Below are positions 1 to 12,183 of a stretch of 64,000 nucleotides of DNA, one piece after another. The translations under genes and the position numbers were made by a program. The notes under the pieces are model-generated. The model had not been told where the DNA came from and made no database searches. It was given only the letters and a program-made list of their open reading frames with translations. Numbering within the stretch: position 1 is the stretch's first letter; each line of letters begins with the position of its first letter. The DNA comes from Octopus vulgaris (lineage: Eukaryota): assembly GCA_951406725.2 (NCBI GenBank), contig OX597820.1, positions 36,642,001-36,706,000 of the forward strand, given 5' to 3'.

Positions 1-310
1 TTATTCTTTTCATTTATGTGGACACCACCAGTTTTATCACATTTTCAATGGCCATTCTTATGTGATTGGCTTTTGGAGAAGGAGAAAGTTTAAAATTTGA
101 GTTTTTTGCCAGGGCTTAACCAGTCTTCAGCAGCTTCACATAGCTGTCTGAATTGAACCTCAAACCCTGTTCAAAGATGCCAGGTATCATGATGTCACTT
201 TCACTGAAAACACTCCCAAAGGCCACCTTTTCCCACAAAGTATATATGTAAAATATGGGTGCATTTTATGCAAGAGTGTGTCTTGTACATCAGCAAATAT
301 GATTAAAAAA

Positions 311-632
311 AACTGGCACTCCGTTGCTAACAATGACGAGGGTTCCGGTTAATCCAATCAATGCAACAGCTTGCTCGTGAGGTTAACATGCAAGTGGTTG
401 AACACTCCACAGACATGCATACCCCTTCACATACTTCTCAGGGAGATTCGGGGTGACACAGAGTGTGACAAGTCTGGCCCCTTGAAATACAGGTACTACT
501 CAATTTTGTCAGCTGAGTGGACTGGAGCAACGTGAAATAAAGTGTCTTGCTCAAGGACACTACACTGCTGAGAATTGAACTCGCAACCCTACAATCATGA
601 GCCAAATACTCTAACCACTAAGCCATGTGCCT
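311..632 (-). mobile_element. tRNA-derived SINE
   Basis: Minus strand begins GGCACATGGCTTAGTGGTTAGAGT (A box) ... GAGTTCAATTC (B box), followed by GTGTCCTTGAGCAAGACACTT and a non-tRNA body. Confidence 0.75.
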
Positions 633-1297
633 TCCTTCACATAGCAAATATGATATTTATAATGGAAATTATGTATTGACATTTCAGATATATTTAACGA
701 TACACTTATTTCATGTGTTATGTAATCACTTACAACACACATATCATTAAATACACTCAGAATACCAATAACTAGTTTCTATCCTTATTCAAATTATATA
801 AATATCACCATCATCATTTTACAATTTTCCATGCTTGCATGGGTCAGACATAGTTTATTGAACCAGATTTTCTGCAGTCAGATGCCCTTCCTGTCTCCAA
901 CTCTTACCTGTTTCCAAGTACAGTAATATTTCCCCATGACCTGACATATTTTTCACGGAATATTAGAAATGAATAACACTGCTTTCATGACAGGACACTC
1001 ATTTACAACTACTATATGGTGTCAAGCAAAGGAGACACAAATATACACACACAGGCTTCTTTCAGTTCTTAGTTTGACCTGGTATCTGGTAACATGAATT
1101 GCATTTAAGTAAGCCACTGTGTGTGTGTGTGTGGGTGGGCACATAAGTGGAAATGTTGATTTTAAGACAGAAATTTACCTATGCTCTACAATTCTTATTT
1201 CCAATCTTGATAGAAGGGTATGGTTACTAACTGATGAATATAATATTAGTTTTTAACAGCTGATATAAAGTCCAACTTGTGCTACATTCCCATTTAA

Positions 1298-1433
1298 CCC
1301 TTTTGTTTTCATTTTCTGCTGAAATACACTACATTTATTTCAATTCAATTTTGAAAATGATAAAGAATTTGGTAAAACAACTGTCATTATTGCAGAACTA
1401 GAGGTGGTCTCAATTGGGTTAGTACCAAAAGGA
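1298..1433. mobile_element. degenerate piggyBac-like MITE
   Basis: TTAA|CCCTTTTG ... GTACCAAAAGGA|TTA; its interior matches the reverse complement of part of the intact copy at 47901-48118. Confidence 0.55.
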
Positions 1434-1759
1434 TTATGGTTTCTAGTAGTTACTAGGGTAAAGCTTTTGAACTCTAACATTCCTACACCCACTCCAATAA
1501 AATCTGACCATTTACCAAACTATACAAAATTCTATTCTATTTTACTATTTCAGACTCTGTATTATCTGTGTTGAAAGCTTCTGATGTGTTTGAGACTTTA
1601 CAGAATTCCCTCTATGTGACAACATACGATGCCCTGATGGCAATTGAACTACAAGATGAGGTTAATATGGCTTACATTTAATATTTGTTACAATATTCTC
1701 TCAATATTTGATCTCACATTCTCTGTTCTTCACTTTCTCTCATATATATATATAATCCT

Positions 1760-1942
1760 TATCATCATCATCATTTAACATTCGTTGTCCCTGTTGGCAT
1801 GGGTTGGACGGTTTGACCAGGGCTGGTAAGCTGAGGGGTTTGCACCAGACTCCAATCTGACTTGGCATAGTTTCTACAGCTGGATGCTCTTCTTAATGCC
1901 AACCACTCCAGGAGTGTAATGGGTGCTTTTGCATGCCATTGG
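1760..1942 (-). mobile_element. RTE LINE 3'-tail fragment
   Basis: (CAT)n-TTAAC...GCATGGGTTGGACGG...CTACAGCTGGATG, the reverse complement of the LINE 3' end at ~12000-12181. Confidence 0.8.
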
Positions 1943-2481
1943 CAAGGTGTTGTTATCTGTTTGGTGGGATAGGAAACGTTTAGTCCACTTTAAACTTTTA
2001 AACCCCAACCAAATGATAAGAAAAGAGATCTACTGCAAGCAGCTAGAAGAAAAAGTCAGCACTAGAAGAAAAACAACCATCTTTGATTTCAAGACAAATG
2101 GTGTTCTTCCATCAAGATAATGCTCAGCCACATACAGTGAGGATGACATTCCAAATGCTGGAGCAGTTTTAACGGGAAACAATACCCCATCCACCATATT
2201 CGCCAAACATTAACCCATCTGATTCTCATTTATTCCACAGTCTTCAAAATCATGTGGACGAAAAAATATGAGTTCTGTAAACAAGATCAGAACAGTACTG
2301 GAGGAGTATTTTTTGTCACAGACAAGTGAATTTTGTAAGTGGGGCCTTGCAAGTCTACCTGATAGATGGAAAAGCATTGAAGGAGAGTATATTTTAGTTT
2401 AAAAAAGAACTTTGTTTATCTTAATTTTGAAAAATAAAAGAAGTATAAAAAAATCTGCATTATTTATGGGATGACCCAATG
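1943..2481 (+). pseudogene. mariner (DD34D) transposase remnant with right TIR
   Basis: Translates across frameshifts as VLLSVWWD..LVHFKLL.PNQ.I..EIYC.QL, FHQDNAQPH, HPPYSP...SDSHLFHSLQN; ends in the TIR-like TTATTTATGGGATGACCCAAT. Confidence 0.85.
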
Positions 2482-2499
2482 TATACGCACACACAAGAA

Positions 2500-3682
2500 T
2501 AGGCTGACCAAGATACTCTCATGGAACGTGACCAAATGAGCTTTATTTTTAAACAAAGTCCTCTTGTGGTCTACACACTTCTCCTATCAGTGCTGCATTG
2601 CTTGGATCCCATTCATGAAGAAGCTTTCAGCCAGTTACTCAAAAAAGTCACTGACAGTGGATATGATATTATCATTACTGTGTTACTGGTTCCTAACCAA
2701 GTGTTTTTTGATGTTGGGCAACAGATGATAGTCAGATGGGGCTGGATCAGGAGATTAAGGAGGTTGATCAAACAGTACAAAGTCATAGTCACACACAGCA
2801 GCCACTGAAACCAAGGACTTCTGTGCTGGGCTATTGTCCTCATGAAACAAAACTCCTGTCATCAGTTTTCTTGAGTTTGGTTTTGGTAACCTTTCATAAC
2901 TCCCTCAGCATGTCGGCATATTACTCTCCATTGATGGTGTAGCCCTTTCCAAAATAGTCAATAAATGTAATGCCTTTTACATCCCTGAAAAGTGATGCAA
3001 TCGCCTTCCCTGCAGATTAAACCACCTTGGCCTTCTTTGGAGCAGGTGATCAGGGGTGTCATCACTGCATCAATTCTCTCTTTGTCTCTGGATCAAAGTG
3101 ATGAACCTAACACTCATCCTCGTTGAAGAAATGCTCAAAGAAACCAGTTGGGTCTACCTCAAACAATATCAGATTTTCTCAATCTTTGTCATGCCAAGCT
3201 CATTGTGCAGAATATTTTTGACTCTCTCATGGGATATGCTAACAGCATTAGCTGTTTGATTTACAGTCAACTGCCTGTCATCCATCACCATGTGGTGAAC
3301 ATGATCAATATTTTCCTCAGTGGTGACAGTTGCTGGACGTCCAGAGACTCTCTTTTCTAAATTCAGCTGCCTACTTTTGCATTGATGATAAAGCTGGTGT
3401 GTCATCCCCTAATGTAGCAAGCATGTCACAATGAACGTTCTTGAGGGCTAAATCTTTTTTCTGCAGGTACTTGATAACACCACAATGCCAAATTTTGTCC
3501 ACTTTCAAAAGAAATCACTGCTAGTTACTTTTTAAGTGCTTTTTGAACAGCCAGATGTTTGCTTACCAGGAAAGAAACAATGCAGTTATTAATAAGAAGA
3601 GTCAAAATTAATGCATGCAAGATTTCACAGCTCTAGTATCACCCCATAGTTAGCCTATGAACTTTTCAGCTCACCCTCATAC
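2500..3682 (-). pseudogene. second mariner transposase remnant
   Basis: ORF 3169-3405 contains SGRPATVTTEENIDHVHHMVMDDRQLTV..ANAVSISHERVKNILHNELGMTK (mariner HTH region); minus-strand DNSPAQ and HPPYSP-like codons at 2730-2840; TIR-like TAGCCTATGAACTTTTCAGCTCACCCTCATA at ~3651-3681. Confidence 0.85.
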
Positions 3683-5169
3683 ATTTCTGTACTCTTCGAA
3701 GTAAGTTCATATTTCCTCATGACCAGACATGTTTTCACAGAAGATTGGAAACAAAGGACTATGACACTCATTTGCAACCATCATGTGATGTCAAGACAAG
3801 AAAACTCAAATTTACACATATCCATCATCATCATCATCATTCAATGTCCACTTTTTCATGCTTGCATGGATTAAGCAAAATTCATTGAGGCAGATTTTTT
3901 TCCTATGTCTGAATACCCTCCCCGTCACCAACTCTTACTTGTTTCCAAGCAAGGTAATATTCCCACCATGGCCAGACATTGTTTCTCATGAGAGATTGGA
4001 AAGGAACAGCATCAGTTGTATGACAGTGATGCTCATTTACAATCATCATATGATGTCAAGACAAAGAAACACACCTGCACACACGCGTGCACAAAAACAT
4101 ACGTACAATAGGCTTCTTTCAGTTTCTATCATTGAAATCCATTCACAAAGCTTTGATTAGCCTAAGGCTATTATAGGAGACACTTACCTAAAGTTCCATA
4201 CAATAGAACAGAACCCAAAACAATGTGGTTGAGAACCAAACTTCATTACCACACAAAGCCTGCATTCAACATGTCTTCAGAAAGCTACCAGCTGTGATAA
4301 TGAGATCATTATCATTTGTTATCAAAGCAGTCTTTTCACTTATCTGTCAGTCTATTATCCTTTTTCTTCTGTTCTTGCATTCTGAGTTTAAATTTCAAGC
4401 CTTGTGCCTTTAGTAGAAAGGATTATAATTATTATAAAGGGTAGTAATTTGGAAGAATTGTTAGTTTGTCAAAATCCCTTACAATATTTGTTCTGGCTTT
4501 TTACATTGTGAATTCAAATCCCCAAGGTCTTCCTTACCTTTCATCCCTCTGGGATCAACAAAATATTATACCAGTCAAACACTGATGTCAATTCTATCAA
4601 CTAAATCCTTTCCCTCAAAATTACTGGCCTCATATCTATATATGAAATAAATTTTAGAATTGTCTTGCAAAGTTACTATTTTTGATTTTTATTGTCTTAC
4701 AGGATGTATAGAAGCTCATTTTTCGTAACAGCAATGCATCTGCGATTTGGAAGTTTTTTCTTTGAAGACCTCTACTCATAAATCTAAGGAATACAACTGT
4801 TCTCTCCATCTAATGACAAACCAAGAGCTAGAGGACATAGTCACATTTATTAACCGTGAAACCAATACACAATGCTTGAATCACAAAGGAAGAATATTTC
4901 ATCAAACTTAAATTTTAGAAATATATATACAGAAGATATTTTCTTATTATCTAATCCAAGCACATATATATGTTCTTTTCTTAATGCATTATGCATATTA
5001 TTATCTTTAAAAAATACATATTATTCAGGTACATGCCACAAGTGGAAACTCAGGACAGACTGCAAGCCATTAATAAAGTAAATTGTCAACAAAAGCCTCA
5101 CAATCTGAAAAAAATATTGACAAAAAATATTTACTTACATTATATATTAAGTGTGTATATGTATGTATG

Positions 5170-5206
<37 letters not shown>

Positions 5207-5220
5207 GAAATTAATTTGTG

Positions 5221-5435
5221 TCATCGTCATCATCATCATTTAACGTCCGCTTTCCATGCTAGCATGGGTTGGACGATTTGACTGAGGTCTGGCGAACTAG
5301 ATGGCTGCACCAGACTCCAATCTGAACTCTGCCAGATCAGATCTGGTGCAGCCATCTGGTTCATCAGACCTCAGTCAAATCGTCCAACCAACCCATGCTA
5401 GCATGGAAAGCGGACGTTAAATGATGATGATGATG
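5221..5435. repeat. fold-back made of two inverted RTE 3'-tail fragments
   Basis: (CAT)n TTAACGTCCGCTTTCCATGCTAGCATGGGTTGG... is mirrored by ...CCCATGCTAGCATGGAAAGCGGACGTTAA(ATG)n; arms about 90 bp. Confidence 0.9.
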
Positions 5436-5810
5436 GGAAATTGATTTGTGTAAAAATCAGTAAGAGTATTCCATCTAATTAGTCTAATATTACTATAAAT
5501 GCTCCATACAACATGCGTTATATGTGCTACTAATAGTTTCACATACATAAGTATATTCATCAGGCACCTAATGAAAGTATATACTTGTGTACGTGAAACT
5601 ATTAGTAGTACATATAATGCGCTTTCTTCCAAGGAATCTAATGCGCTTGACTTTCCCTTGGGGGCTGCCCAGATCGGAGCAATCTCAAGATTAGTCAGCC
5701 GGAATTGCGAAGATGATCCGGTTCTTGACTGATGATTGAGGGCTTCGAATGTCCCGTCCGTGTTTTTTGTGTCGTCTTCTAAATGTTTCACGTTCTTGTC
5801 CCAGTTTGTA
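5436..5810. mobile_element. probable Penelope-like terminal repeat (pLTR) fragment with inverted duplication
   Basis: About 36-bp inverted arms around 5520-5615, each carrying a hammerhead-like core; flanked by a (TA)n/(TG)n microsatellite. Confidence 0.55.
5524..5567 (-). ncRNA. minimal type I hammerhead ribozyme
   Basis: Minus strand reads GUGC-CUGAUGA-AUAUAC(UUAU)GUAUGU-GAA-ACUA(U)UAGU-A-GCAC: intact core, 6-bp stem II, palindromic stem III, GUA cleavage triplet, stem I GUGC/GCAC. Confidence 0.75.
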
Positions 5811-5828
5811 TATTTTTTTTACTTTTAC

Positions 5829-5879
<51 letters not shown>

Positions 5880-6699
5880 TGTGTGTGTGTGTGTATGCAT
5901 ATATATCATATACTTTTTTGTGAAATCTGATGTGTCCATGTGTAACATAACTACTGCTTTGGTTCAACTCCCCCCTCTCTCTTCGGTATGTATGGACACA
6001 GAAGACAAGAACAATAATATGAATGTGTTCAGTCTGTCTTCCCCTCCCTCTTTGTTTCTCTGTCTTTTTCTGTATTTATAATGCTTGGTACAAGCAAATA
6101 CATGTGCTTACAGGTACATATTTATGAATATGACAGCAGTATAAAATGACTACCTGTCTGTCTGTATGTATGTATTTATGTATGTATATGTATGTGTGTG
6201 TACATGTATATGCATGTCTCCTTATTTAGAAAAAGGCAAAGAAGGGTAGAGAGAGATGGGACTAACAAGAAAGAATTCATATATTTTCTTCCAGTATTAT
6301 AAGCTACTTCTTTAAAAAGATTATGTATCTATCATTACTTTTACCTTGAGCTTTCATCCAATACACAAGTTCACACCAGTTTCCTTCATTTAATAATTTC
6401 AGAAAACCAATTGAATGATTATTTTCTTACAGTTATTTTTCTATTCCTCAGCTTCTTCATGGACTAAATTCAGTCTTTAAAGACAATATATCAAAAGATG
6501 GCAATGAGTTATATGAAAGTAGATGGCATAAAAAATTATATGTATTTTGATCTATTAAATATTTCTTTTATTTCAAAATTGTTTTACCTTTATTCTTTCT
6601 TACATAAAAACCAATAATTCAATGAAGCCAAGTATTACTTATTCCAGTTATATTCATAGAATAACAGGCCATGCACTAATATATATATATATATATCAA

Positions 6700-7215
6700 C
6701 ATCATCATCATCATCATTTAACATCTGTTTTCCATGCTGGCATAGGTTGGACGATTTGAATGAGGACTGGCGAACCAGATGTTTGCACTAGGCTCCAATC
6801 TGATCTGGCAGAGTTTCTACAGCTGGATGTCCTTCCTAACGCCAACCACCCCAAGAGTGTGATGGGTGCTTTTACGTGCCACCGGCACGAGGGCCAGTCT
6901 GGCGGTACTAGCAACGGCCACACTCAAATGGTGTTTATTACATACCACCTGCACAGGAGTCAGTCCAGCAGCACTGGCAAAAACCTCGCTCGAATGTTTT
7001 GTTCATGTACCAGTAAGGCGATGCTGGTAACGATCATGCTCAAATGGTGCTTTTTACTGCCACCGGCATGGAGGCCAGACAGAGGCTCTGGCAGTGATCC
7101 TGCTTAGATGGAGTTGTGAGCACGGGTTCCAGTCATCGAATTTGGTTCAATTTCGATTTCACTTGCCCCAACAGGTCTTCGCAAGCAGAGTTTAGTGTCC
7201 AATGAAGGAAGGTTT
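6700..7215 (-). mobile_element. RTE LINE 3'UTR/tail fragment
   Basis: (CAT)n tail, CTACAGCTGGATG..CTTCCTAACGCCAACCAC and several GGTGCTTTT..GTGCCACCGGCAC units like those at 10690-11960. Confidence 0.85.
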
Positions 7216-7216
7216 A

Positions 7217-7247
<31 letters not shown>

Positions 7248-7819
7248 CATCATTTTACATCCACCTCCTTGCTACTGTCATAGGTTGGAAAGTTCGACAA
7301 GAGCTAGCAAGCCAAAGGACTGCGCCACGCTCTATAGTCTATTTTGGAATGGTTCCTATAGCTTTATGCCTTTCCTAATGCCAACCACTTTATAGAGTGT
7401 ATTGGATGTTTTTTTTATGTGGTACCAGCACCAGGAAGGTCACCAAAAAAACTTGCAAGATTTGACTCTTCAACTGAGCAGGGAGTAGCATTCAAGGAGG
7501 TAGCCTTGTACCAGATGACAAGAGATTAGAGTATGATAGTAGGTGTCTTGTAGGAGATACATGGTTAATCCAGTTAGAAAAGGAGAGATAGATGGTGAAG
7601 ATGTGTTGGGGTGTACTTCCAAGTTACTGGGTGAGGTGCTATAGATGATTGGATAGGGCGAGGTAAGTGTGCAAGAATATGAAAGAAAAGTGGAAAAAGG
7701 TGGATAGGGGAGTGCAGTAAGTGAACACAGATGGAAGAAGTGAGGATAGGAAAGGGCATAGACATAAATGATGTACCTTTAGGGCTTCGTTTTTACTTGG
7801 AAGGATCTTCTCAAGCAAT

Positions 7820-8570
7820 GCAAATCATCATCATCTCAGTCCTTTGTCAACCCCTCTGTGAGGCCCAACATCTGCAGGTAATTTTTCACTTCATCCCATG
7901 TTTTCCTGGTTCTATCTTTTCCTCAGATTCTAATCACATTTAGCAATTGGCACTTCTTTATGCAGCCATCCTATCCTCATCCACAAGCATCACATAACCA
8001 ACACAGTTTTCTCTTACACACCACATCTGATGCCTCTTATACCCAATTTTTCTCTCAACACTTTTACATGTCATCATATGTGCATGCTAACATTACACAT
8101 CCAGCAGAGCATGCCTGCTTCATTTCATTCAAACTTTCTCATGTCCTCTGTATTCACAGCCCACATTTTCCAATAATACCAACATAAGCATCATACAATC
8201 TGCTTTTCATTCTGAGAGAAAGGTCCTTTGCCACCAACAATAGTAATAGCTCTTGGAACTTACTTCGCCACTTCTGATTCTAGTGACTACTGCTATTAGG
8301 CGACTTAGGTAACAGAAAACATCTCCTACCTCCAAAAATGCACTTGGGCATTTGAGGGAACCTATTTCCTGTGTATTCTTAGTATTTATTGTTCTTTAAC
8401 AGCTGTCACACACAAAGACTACTTTCTGTGTTAACCTTCCTGTAATTCCACTGAACCACTTATGGATTCATAACTTGCAATGGGTGCACAATATAGAATT
8501 TCTACCCATGCCTTTACATCAAGTAGAGCCATTTCCCATTTGTCTGCTTTCTTGCTTACTAGGATTTTGG
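7820..8570 (-). pseudogene. old RTE LINE RT C-terminal remnant
   Basis: Degenerate reverse complement of the 9700-10500 region, e.g. codons for F.YL.D, ERNEASML.WMCN and the Cys-rich finger. Confidence 0.7.
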
Positions 8571-8571
8571 T

Positions 8572-8603
<32 letters not shown>

Positions 8604-8856
8604 TAAAAACAGTAAGATAACAAAAAAAAGAAAGAGACCTCAATATTATGTAAATAGAGGAAATTTATCTGTAAAATAATATGTGACAATTATTCAATAG
8701 CCAAGATAAATTGATGTAAAAGCATGGGTAGAAATTCTATACTATGTACCCATTGCAAGTTATGAATCCATAAGTGATTCAGTGGAATCGCAGGAAGGTT
8801 AACACAAAAAGTAGTCTTTATGTGTGACAGCTGTTCAAGAACAATAAATACTAAGA
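8375..8856. repeat. inverted duplication (~145-bp arms) of RTE sequence around a (TA)n-containing spacer
   Basis: 8375-8522 (…AGCTGTCACAC…CTACCCATGCCTTTACATCAA) is the reverse complement of 8711-8856 (TTGATGTAAAAGCATGGGTAG…GTGTGACAGCT…). Confidence 0.85.
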
Positions 8857-8914
8857 TATATATTTTACAGATATATATATGTATATATATACACACACAG
8901 ATATATATATATAC

Positions 8915-10619
8915 AGATAAAGCAATTAAGGATATGAAACCGGGTAAAGCCCCCGGCCCATCAGGAATCACTGCTGAGATGCTTAAAACAGCTGGTTATG
9001 CGGGCTATGGCCTAGTCACCCGTATTGTTAACCAGGTAGTTCATAATGGAGTCATACCCAATGACTGGCGTAGCAGCACCATAGTCAACTGCTACAAGGG
9101 TAAGGGTGATGCTCTAGATAGAAATAACTACAGGGGTGTTAAACTGTTGGATCAGGTGATGAAGACCACAGAGAGGGTCATAACCCATCTCATTAGGGAG
9201 AGAATTTGCTTAGATGAGATGCAGTTCGGTTTTGTGCCAGGTAGAAGCACCACTGATGCTATATTCCTGGTCCGACAACTGCAGGAGAAGTACCTAGCTA
9301 AAGATAAACCCCTCTACATAGCTTTTGTGGACTTGGAGAAAGCCTTTGACAGGGTTCCCCGATCTCTTAACTAGTGGTCGATGCGGAAACTGTTGATTGA
9401 CGAATGGCTAATAAGGGCTGTACAGGCTCTATACAGAGAGGCTGTCAGCAAGGTTAGGATTGGCAACGAATATAGTGAAGAATTCCGGGTAGAAGTAGGT
9501 GTACACCAGGGCTCAGCCCTCAGTCCCCTTTTATTCATCATAGTCCTCCAGGCAATAACAGAGGAATTCAAAACAGGTTGCCCCTGGGAGCTCCTCTATG
9601 CTGATGACCTGGCCCTCATAGCAGAATCACTACCGGAACTAAAAAAGAAATTTTGGGTGTGGAAACAAGGGTTAGAATCTAAGGGCCTTAGAGTTATTGT
9701 AGCGAAGACCAAAGTTATAGTATGCAGAAAGGCGAACTCAGCACACACCCCATCGGGCAGGTGGCCCTGCTCGAGCTGTAGGAAAGGTGTAGGTAGAAAC
9801 TCCATAAGATGCACCCAGTGTAAGCTATGGACGCATAAGAGGTGCAGCAACATCAAAGGGAAATTAACTGATAAGATAGCTTTCACGTGTGGCAGATGCA
9901 CAGGGACAACAGACACCACAGACACTCAAAAAACAGATTCCATCACACTCCAGGGGGAGAAACTAGAAGTAGTTGATAGTTTCCGCTACCTGGGTGACCA
10001 AGTTAGTAGTGGGGGTGGATGCTCAGAGAGTGTCACCACTAGAATACGAATAGCCTGGGCAAAGTTTAGAAAGCTCCTACCCCTACTGGCGACAAAGGGT
10101 CTCTCACTCAGAGTGAAAGGTAGATTGTATGATGCATGTGTGCGAACTGCCATGCTTCACGGCAGTGAAACATGGGCCGTGACTGCAGAGGACATGCGTA
10201 GACTTGAAAGAAATGAAGCTAGCATGATCCGCTGGATGTGTATTGTCAGTGTGAATGCACGACAGAGTGTAAGCACCCTGAGAGAAATGCTAGGCATAAG
10301 AAGCATCAGATGCGGTGTGCAAGAGCGACGCTTGCGATGGTACGGTCATGTACTGCGGATGGATGAGGAGAGATGTGTGAAGAAGTGCCACTCCCGAACA
10401 GTTGAAGGAATCAGGGGGAGAGGTAGACCCAGGAAGACATGGGATGAGGTAGTCAAGCATGACCTCAGAGCGTTGGGCCTCACTGAGGCAATGGCGAAGG
10501 ACCGAGATCTCTGGAGATGTGCTGTGACTACTAAGACCCGGGATGCTCCCGGCACCAGTTCCGCATACCCCCTGCCCATCCAAAGTACCTTGGATCCCAG
10601 AACATCTCGCTGTGCTTGA
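8915..10619 (+). pseudogene. RTE reverse transcriptase (one in-frame TAG at 9372-9374) with an embedded PHD-like zinc finger
   Basis: KAPGPSGI, NYRGVKLL, QFGFVPGRSTTDAIF, FVDLEKAFDRV, GVHQGSALSPLLF, LLYADDL, FRYLG, RRLRWYGHVLR, GRGRPRKTW; ORFs 8820-9374 and 9381-10619 are in the same frame. Confidence 0.92.
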
Positions 10620-10689
10620 GGAGACCTGTCGAGTCAAGTGCATATACATGAACATCGAACCAAATATCAATGGAAACAGTAGCTGTGAT

Positions 10690-11960
10690 ACCTGTGCCGG
10701 GGACACATAAAAAGCACCATTCGAACATGGCCGTTGCCAGTGCAGCCTCGACTGGCTTCTGTGCCGGTGGCACACAAGAAGCACCATCCGAACGTGGCCG
10801 ATGCCAACCCCGCCTCGAATGGCTTCTGTGCCGGTGGCACATAAAAAGCACCATCCGAACGTAGCCGATGCCAGCACTGCCCCGATTGGCTTCTGTGCCA
10901 GTGGCACATAAAAAGCACCATCCGAACGTGACCGATGCCAGCACCGCCTCGACTGGCTTCTGCGCCGGTGGCACATAAAAAGCACCAACCGATCGTAGGA
11001 TCCCGGAACATCTCGCTGTGCTTGAGGAGACCTGTTGAGTCAAGTGCATGTACATGAACATCGAATCAAATATCAATGGAAACAGTAGTTGTGATACCTG
11101 TGCCGGTGACACATAAAAAGCACCATCCGAACGTGGCCGTTGCCAGTGCAGCCTCCACTGGCTTCTGTGCCGGTGGCACATAAAAAGCACCATCCGAACG
11201 TGACCGATGCCAACCCTGCCTCGAATGGCTTCTGTGCCGGTGGCACATGAACATCGAACCAAATATCAATGGAAACAGTAGTTGTGATACCTGTGCTGGT
11301 GACACATAAAAAGCACCATCCGAACGTGGCCGTTGCCAAAAAAGCACAATGCGAACGTGGCCGTTGCCAGTGCAGCCCCCACTGGCTTTTGTGCCAGTGG
11401 CACATAAAAAGCACCATCCGAACGTGACCGATGCCAACCCCGCCTCGAATGGCTTCTGTGCCAGTGGCACATAAAAAGCACCATCCGAACGTGGCCAATG
11501 CCAGCACCGCCCCGACTGGCTTCTGTGCCGGTGGCACATAAAAAGCACCATCCAAGCATGGCCGACGCCAGCACCGCCTCGACTGGCTTCTGTGCCAGTG
11601 GCACATAAAAAGCACCAACCGATCGTGGGATCCCGGAACATCTCGCTGTGCTTGAGGAGACCTGTTGAGTCAAGTGCATGTACATGAACATCGAACCAAA
11701 TATCAATGGAAACAGTAGTTGTGATACCTGCCGGTGACACATAAAAAGCACCATCCGAACGTGGCCGTTGCCAGTGCAGCCTCCACTGGCCTGTGCCGGT
11801 GGCACATAAAAAGCACCATCCGAACGTGACTGATGCCAACCCTGCCTCGAATGGCTTCTGTGCCGGTGGCTCATAAAAAGCACCATCCGAACGTGGCCGA
11901 TGCCAGCACCGCCTTGACTGGCTTCTGTGCCGGTAGCACATAAAAAAAGCACCAACCGAT
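10690..11960 (+). repeat. tandem ~65-bp repeat array in the RTE 3'UTR with higher-order duplications
   Basis: Unit GGCTTCTGTGCCGGTGGCACATAAAAAGCACCATCCGAACGTG(G/A)CCG(A/T)TGCC..., interleaved with a repeated GAACATCTCGCTGTGCTTGAGGAGACC...AATGGAAACAGTAG block. Confidence 0.9.
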
Positions 11961-12183
11961 CGTGGCCGATGCCAAACCCCTCTGGCACCTGTGCAGGTGA
12001 CACGTATAAAGCACCCACTACACTCGCGGAGTGGTTGGTGTTAGGAAGGGCATCCAGCTGTAGAAACACTGCCCGATCAGACTGGAGCCTGGGGCAGCCC
12101 CTGGCTCCCCAGACCCCGGTCGAACCGTCCAACCCGTGCTAGCGCGGAAAACGGACGTTAAACGATGATGATGATGATGATAT

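Larger units (their letters stand above)
8915..12181 (+). mobile_element. 5'-truncated RTE-clade LINE
   Basis: RT ORF followed by a tandem-repeat 3'UTR and a (GAT)n tail ending ~12181; 5' end abuts a (TA)n microsatellite; no endonuclease domain is present. Confidence 0.92.

Noticed and set aside
560-632. tRNA gene (also the heads at 33260 and 34930)
   Set aside because: A and B boxes are present but there is no proper cloverleaf, and each continues into a SINE body.
10690-11960. Regular palindromic repeats resembling a CRISPR array
   Set aside because: The 'spacers' are variants of one another, the array is the 3'UTR of an RTE LINE, there are no cas genes and the context is eukaryotic.
10290-12132. 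Long minus-strand ORFs (181-291 aa)
   Set aside because: They are translations of the tandem repeat in several overlapping frames, with no independent coding signal.
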